The position numbers and the translations under genes are program-made. The notes below the pieces were generated by a model. It was not told the DNA's origin and ran no database searches. It worked only from the letters and a program-made list of their open reading frames with translations. A DNA stretch of 55,657 nt from Ancylonema sp. (taxonomy: Eukaryota): assembly GCA_050230475.1 (NCBI GenBank), contig JBFLGF010000010.1, positions 62,001 to 117,657 of the forward strand. The letters are read 5' to 3'. Every line of letters begins with the position of its first letter. The first letter of the stretch is position 1. This document shows, in pieces, positions 53,200 to 55,657 of this stretch.

Positions 53200-54350
53200 C
53201 CTCAAACTTATTTTGGATTCGGGAGCACCGAATACCATGGTTGCGCCCCGTATCGCAAACAACTAGAGATTTAGGATTCGGATCTTCATCCGAGAACACC
53301 TTACAAAAAGTCGTCGGGTGACACCAAACTTACTCTTAGTACTACACAGGAGGATTTTCTATCCTCATCGGTGCAAATACTCCAAACCCAACAACGGTGC
53401 GGACGTAGAGACATCTCTCTCCATCGATGGGCTACGATGTTCTCATTGGCAACAAGTTGATTGCAATTGTCGGTGAATGCATCGACACATGGAACAAGAG
53501 ATTCTTTTACCTGGCGGATTGAGACAAAAGCAGTAACTGCATTAGGAGTATACCGAGTCAGCGGTGACGCACCGATCACAACCCAAATGTACATGGCCGG
53601 CCTTCTAACACCATTACCTCATGCACACAAGGCGGATATGTTTTTACAACCCTCACTAGTGCTTGCATCGGTGCCCTCTTATGAGTATTACACGACACCG
53701 CTTGCGCGATCTACAGTACAGAAGTACGCTCATCAACAACAACACTTCCTCGGCCCGCACGAGCTCAAATTACCCACGGGGCCTCTTACTCTATGGAAAT
53801 CGGTGGTCAAGGTTTACCACGTTAAAACATTCACAAGCACGAAGGCTTAATTCAACAGTCGATACAATTAGCACGATGTTAAAGTCATGGATGACTTTTA
53901 CAAGAAGATACTCGAGAAGAGAGCGCGGCACTCCTTAAACAGTCCAGTCGTGACGCTAGAGATCGCGAAGGCGAAACCTCTCTAGATTGATCGGGAACCC
54001 CTCTAGATTAATACTCTGCTATAACGAGAGTATTCGATATAACGATTTTCTAGAACTAGTACTTCACAATAAAAATAATGAAGTACGAAATTTGTACGAC
54101 TCGAAAATAACGCGTGGCGTATTTTCCGAAGTCTAGAATCCAACAATCTTCAACAAATAGTTGCGTGTCGANACACCCAACCCAACCACCATTTATATAG
54201 AACTCCACATGTCTCCATCCAAAGAATTTCATGTCTTACTGGGCAATGAAATTCTTGGACCAATTGATGGATACTATGACCTTTGGCAACACCTATTCTT
54301 TTATAAGGCAGATTGGGATAGAGGTAGTTCATTCCTAGCATCTTTACCAC
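53200..54350 (+). mobile_element. Gypsy-type aspartic protease remnant split by an ~800-bp insertion
   Basis: LILDSGAPNTMV at ~53205-53245 and TPYKKSSGDTKLTLSTT, resuming at ~54160 with TTIYIELHM...FHVLLGNEILGPIDGYYDLW. The intervening DNA partly matches the 32-33 kb repeat family. Confidence 0.6.
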
Positions 54351-55657
54351 TCACAGTCCGACATCAATCCAACAAAGTGGAAGTGTATACGAAAGACAGT
54401 GCTTCACCATCTCTGACCCTCACACCTGGAGATCGTGCTGTAGCTCTCCAACAAAAGGAGAAGAAGGCCAAAGCAAACCAATCTGTCAGAGATAGTGAAT
54501 CTGCACGTGTCAGCCCACGCCGTTCCATTCAATTTGGCTCCCAACCTGAGGAGGCCGTCTTGCCTACCTTACCACCGGTCAAAGTGGTAGCAGGTGATTA
54601 TGAGGATAACTATCCCCCTACACCTAGCTCCACATGCCTCGATCCTCCACCTGAGTTCACCACGGATTATGGGTAAATACAAGAAACTGCGGATACACCT
54701 CATCAATAACTAGTACGCAAACGATTGTATGCTGAAATATAGGACAAAATCAAGCGCAAGTGCATTCTTGAGGTACTTGAACAATCAAAGTTTATAGATT
54801 TCAACCAACCCATCTCATCTCGCAACAGTGTGTGTCAAACATTCTTTTGCGCTGCTGGATTTGAAGATACTCATACTCCTATGGAATTAGATATCTCAAC
54901 CATCCTTAGACATTTCAACCAAACCTACATCACCTCAAAATTGTCTATCTGCTCTTGACAATCAGTTCCTCTCAACCATTCTTTTTGATACAGACCTCTC
55001 TCGAGTCAGCAACAACACCTTCGAACCAGATGAGCTACACGAGCTCACTGAAGACGAATTGCGAAACCGATACCACGCTATGATCTCACACCGGAAAAGT
55101 TTTCAAGTTGTCGTCTGCAAATCAGCCAAAACAGAGGCAGAGGCAACGATTACACGTAGAATATCACAACTCATCAAGGAACAAAGATGTGTAAGCAAAA
55201 CTCGACATCGCCGCAGCTCGGGAGGAAGAAAAGAGCAAAAGGATTCAGCAGTATGATATTCTAGTGGACAAACTCCATTCCAAATTGGAAGACAAGATGC
55301 AGAACGTGGTCGTTCTTCACACAACGCAACTCCAGGAAGTTCGCCAATAAGCTGCTCGTCTGGAACAGAGGCTACAAATGGAGATAGGGAGGACTGTGCT
55401 GAGCGGCGAACAGTGAGCACCAATTCCCCTTTCCTCACCTACCAGCTCCGCACCCTCAACATCCATCAGTCCTGCACCTTCTCCTCCTCCAAACGCCCCT
55501 ACCTCAACTGGGGGTGATACCATGGACACCTCGGAGGCCATAAAACCTCCTACAACTTGTTAGGGACGGATGCAAAAGACGCCTTAGCAAGCAAGTTGCG
55601 ATATGCACCGAGCGGAAAGATGGCGAAATGCCGAATGAATGAGATGGTATGAGCCGA

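Overview
Eukaryotic, intron-rich plant-lineage DNA. A GRAS gene, TTTAGGG-type repeats and algal-type retroelements suggest a streptophyte alga such as a zygnematophyte, or an early land plant (inference). Five intact spliced host genes were reconstructed by hand: a Harbinger-type Myb/NAM-associated protein (+), a GRAS transcription factor with four phase-0 introns (-), ribophorin II/RPN2 (-), an EF-hand lysophospholipid acyltransferase of the LPEAT2 type (+) and an MS5/SDI1-family TPR protein (-). They lie among decayed transposons: two Copia remnants, a CRE-like LINE fragment, a hAT/BED remnant, Gypsy remnants, and MITEs with TA, 8-bp or 9-bp target-site duplications. The most notable items are a near-complete but pseudogenised cytosine-5 DNA methyltransferase domain within retroelement debris (26.4-27.3 kb), a Gypsy integrase ending in a PHD finger (29.8-30.4 kb), a recurrent G-rich 5'/C-rich 3' intron architecture, a Copia LTR flanked by both a PPT and a half-tRNA PBS, and one internal core shared by MITEs of two different superfamilies. 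All assignments come from reading motifs by eye; no database searches were run.
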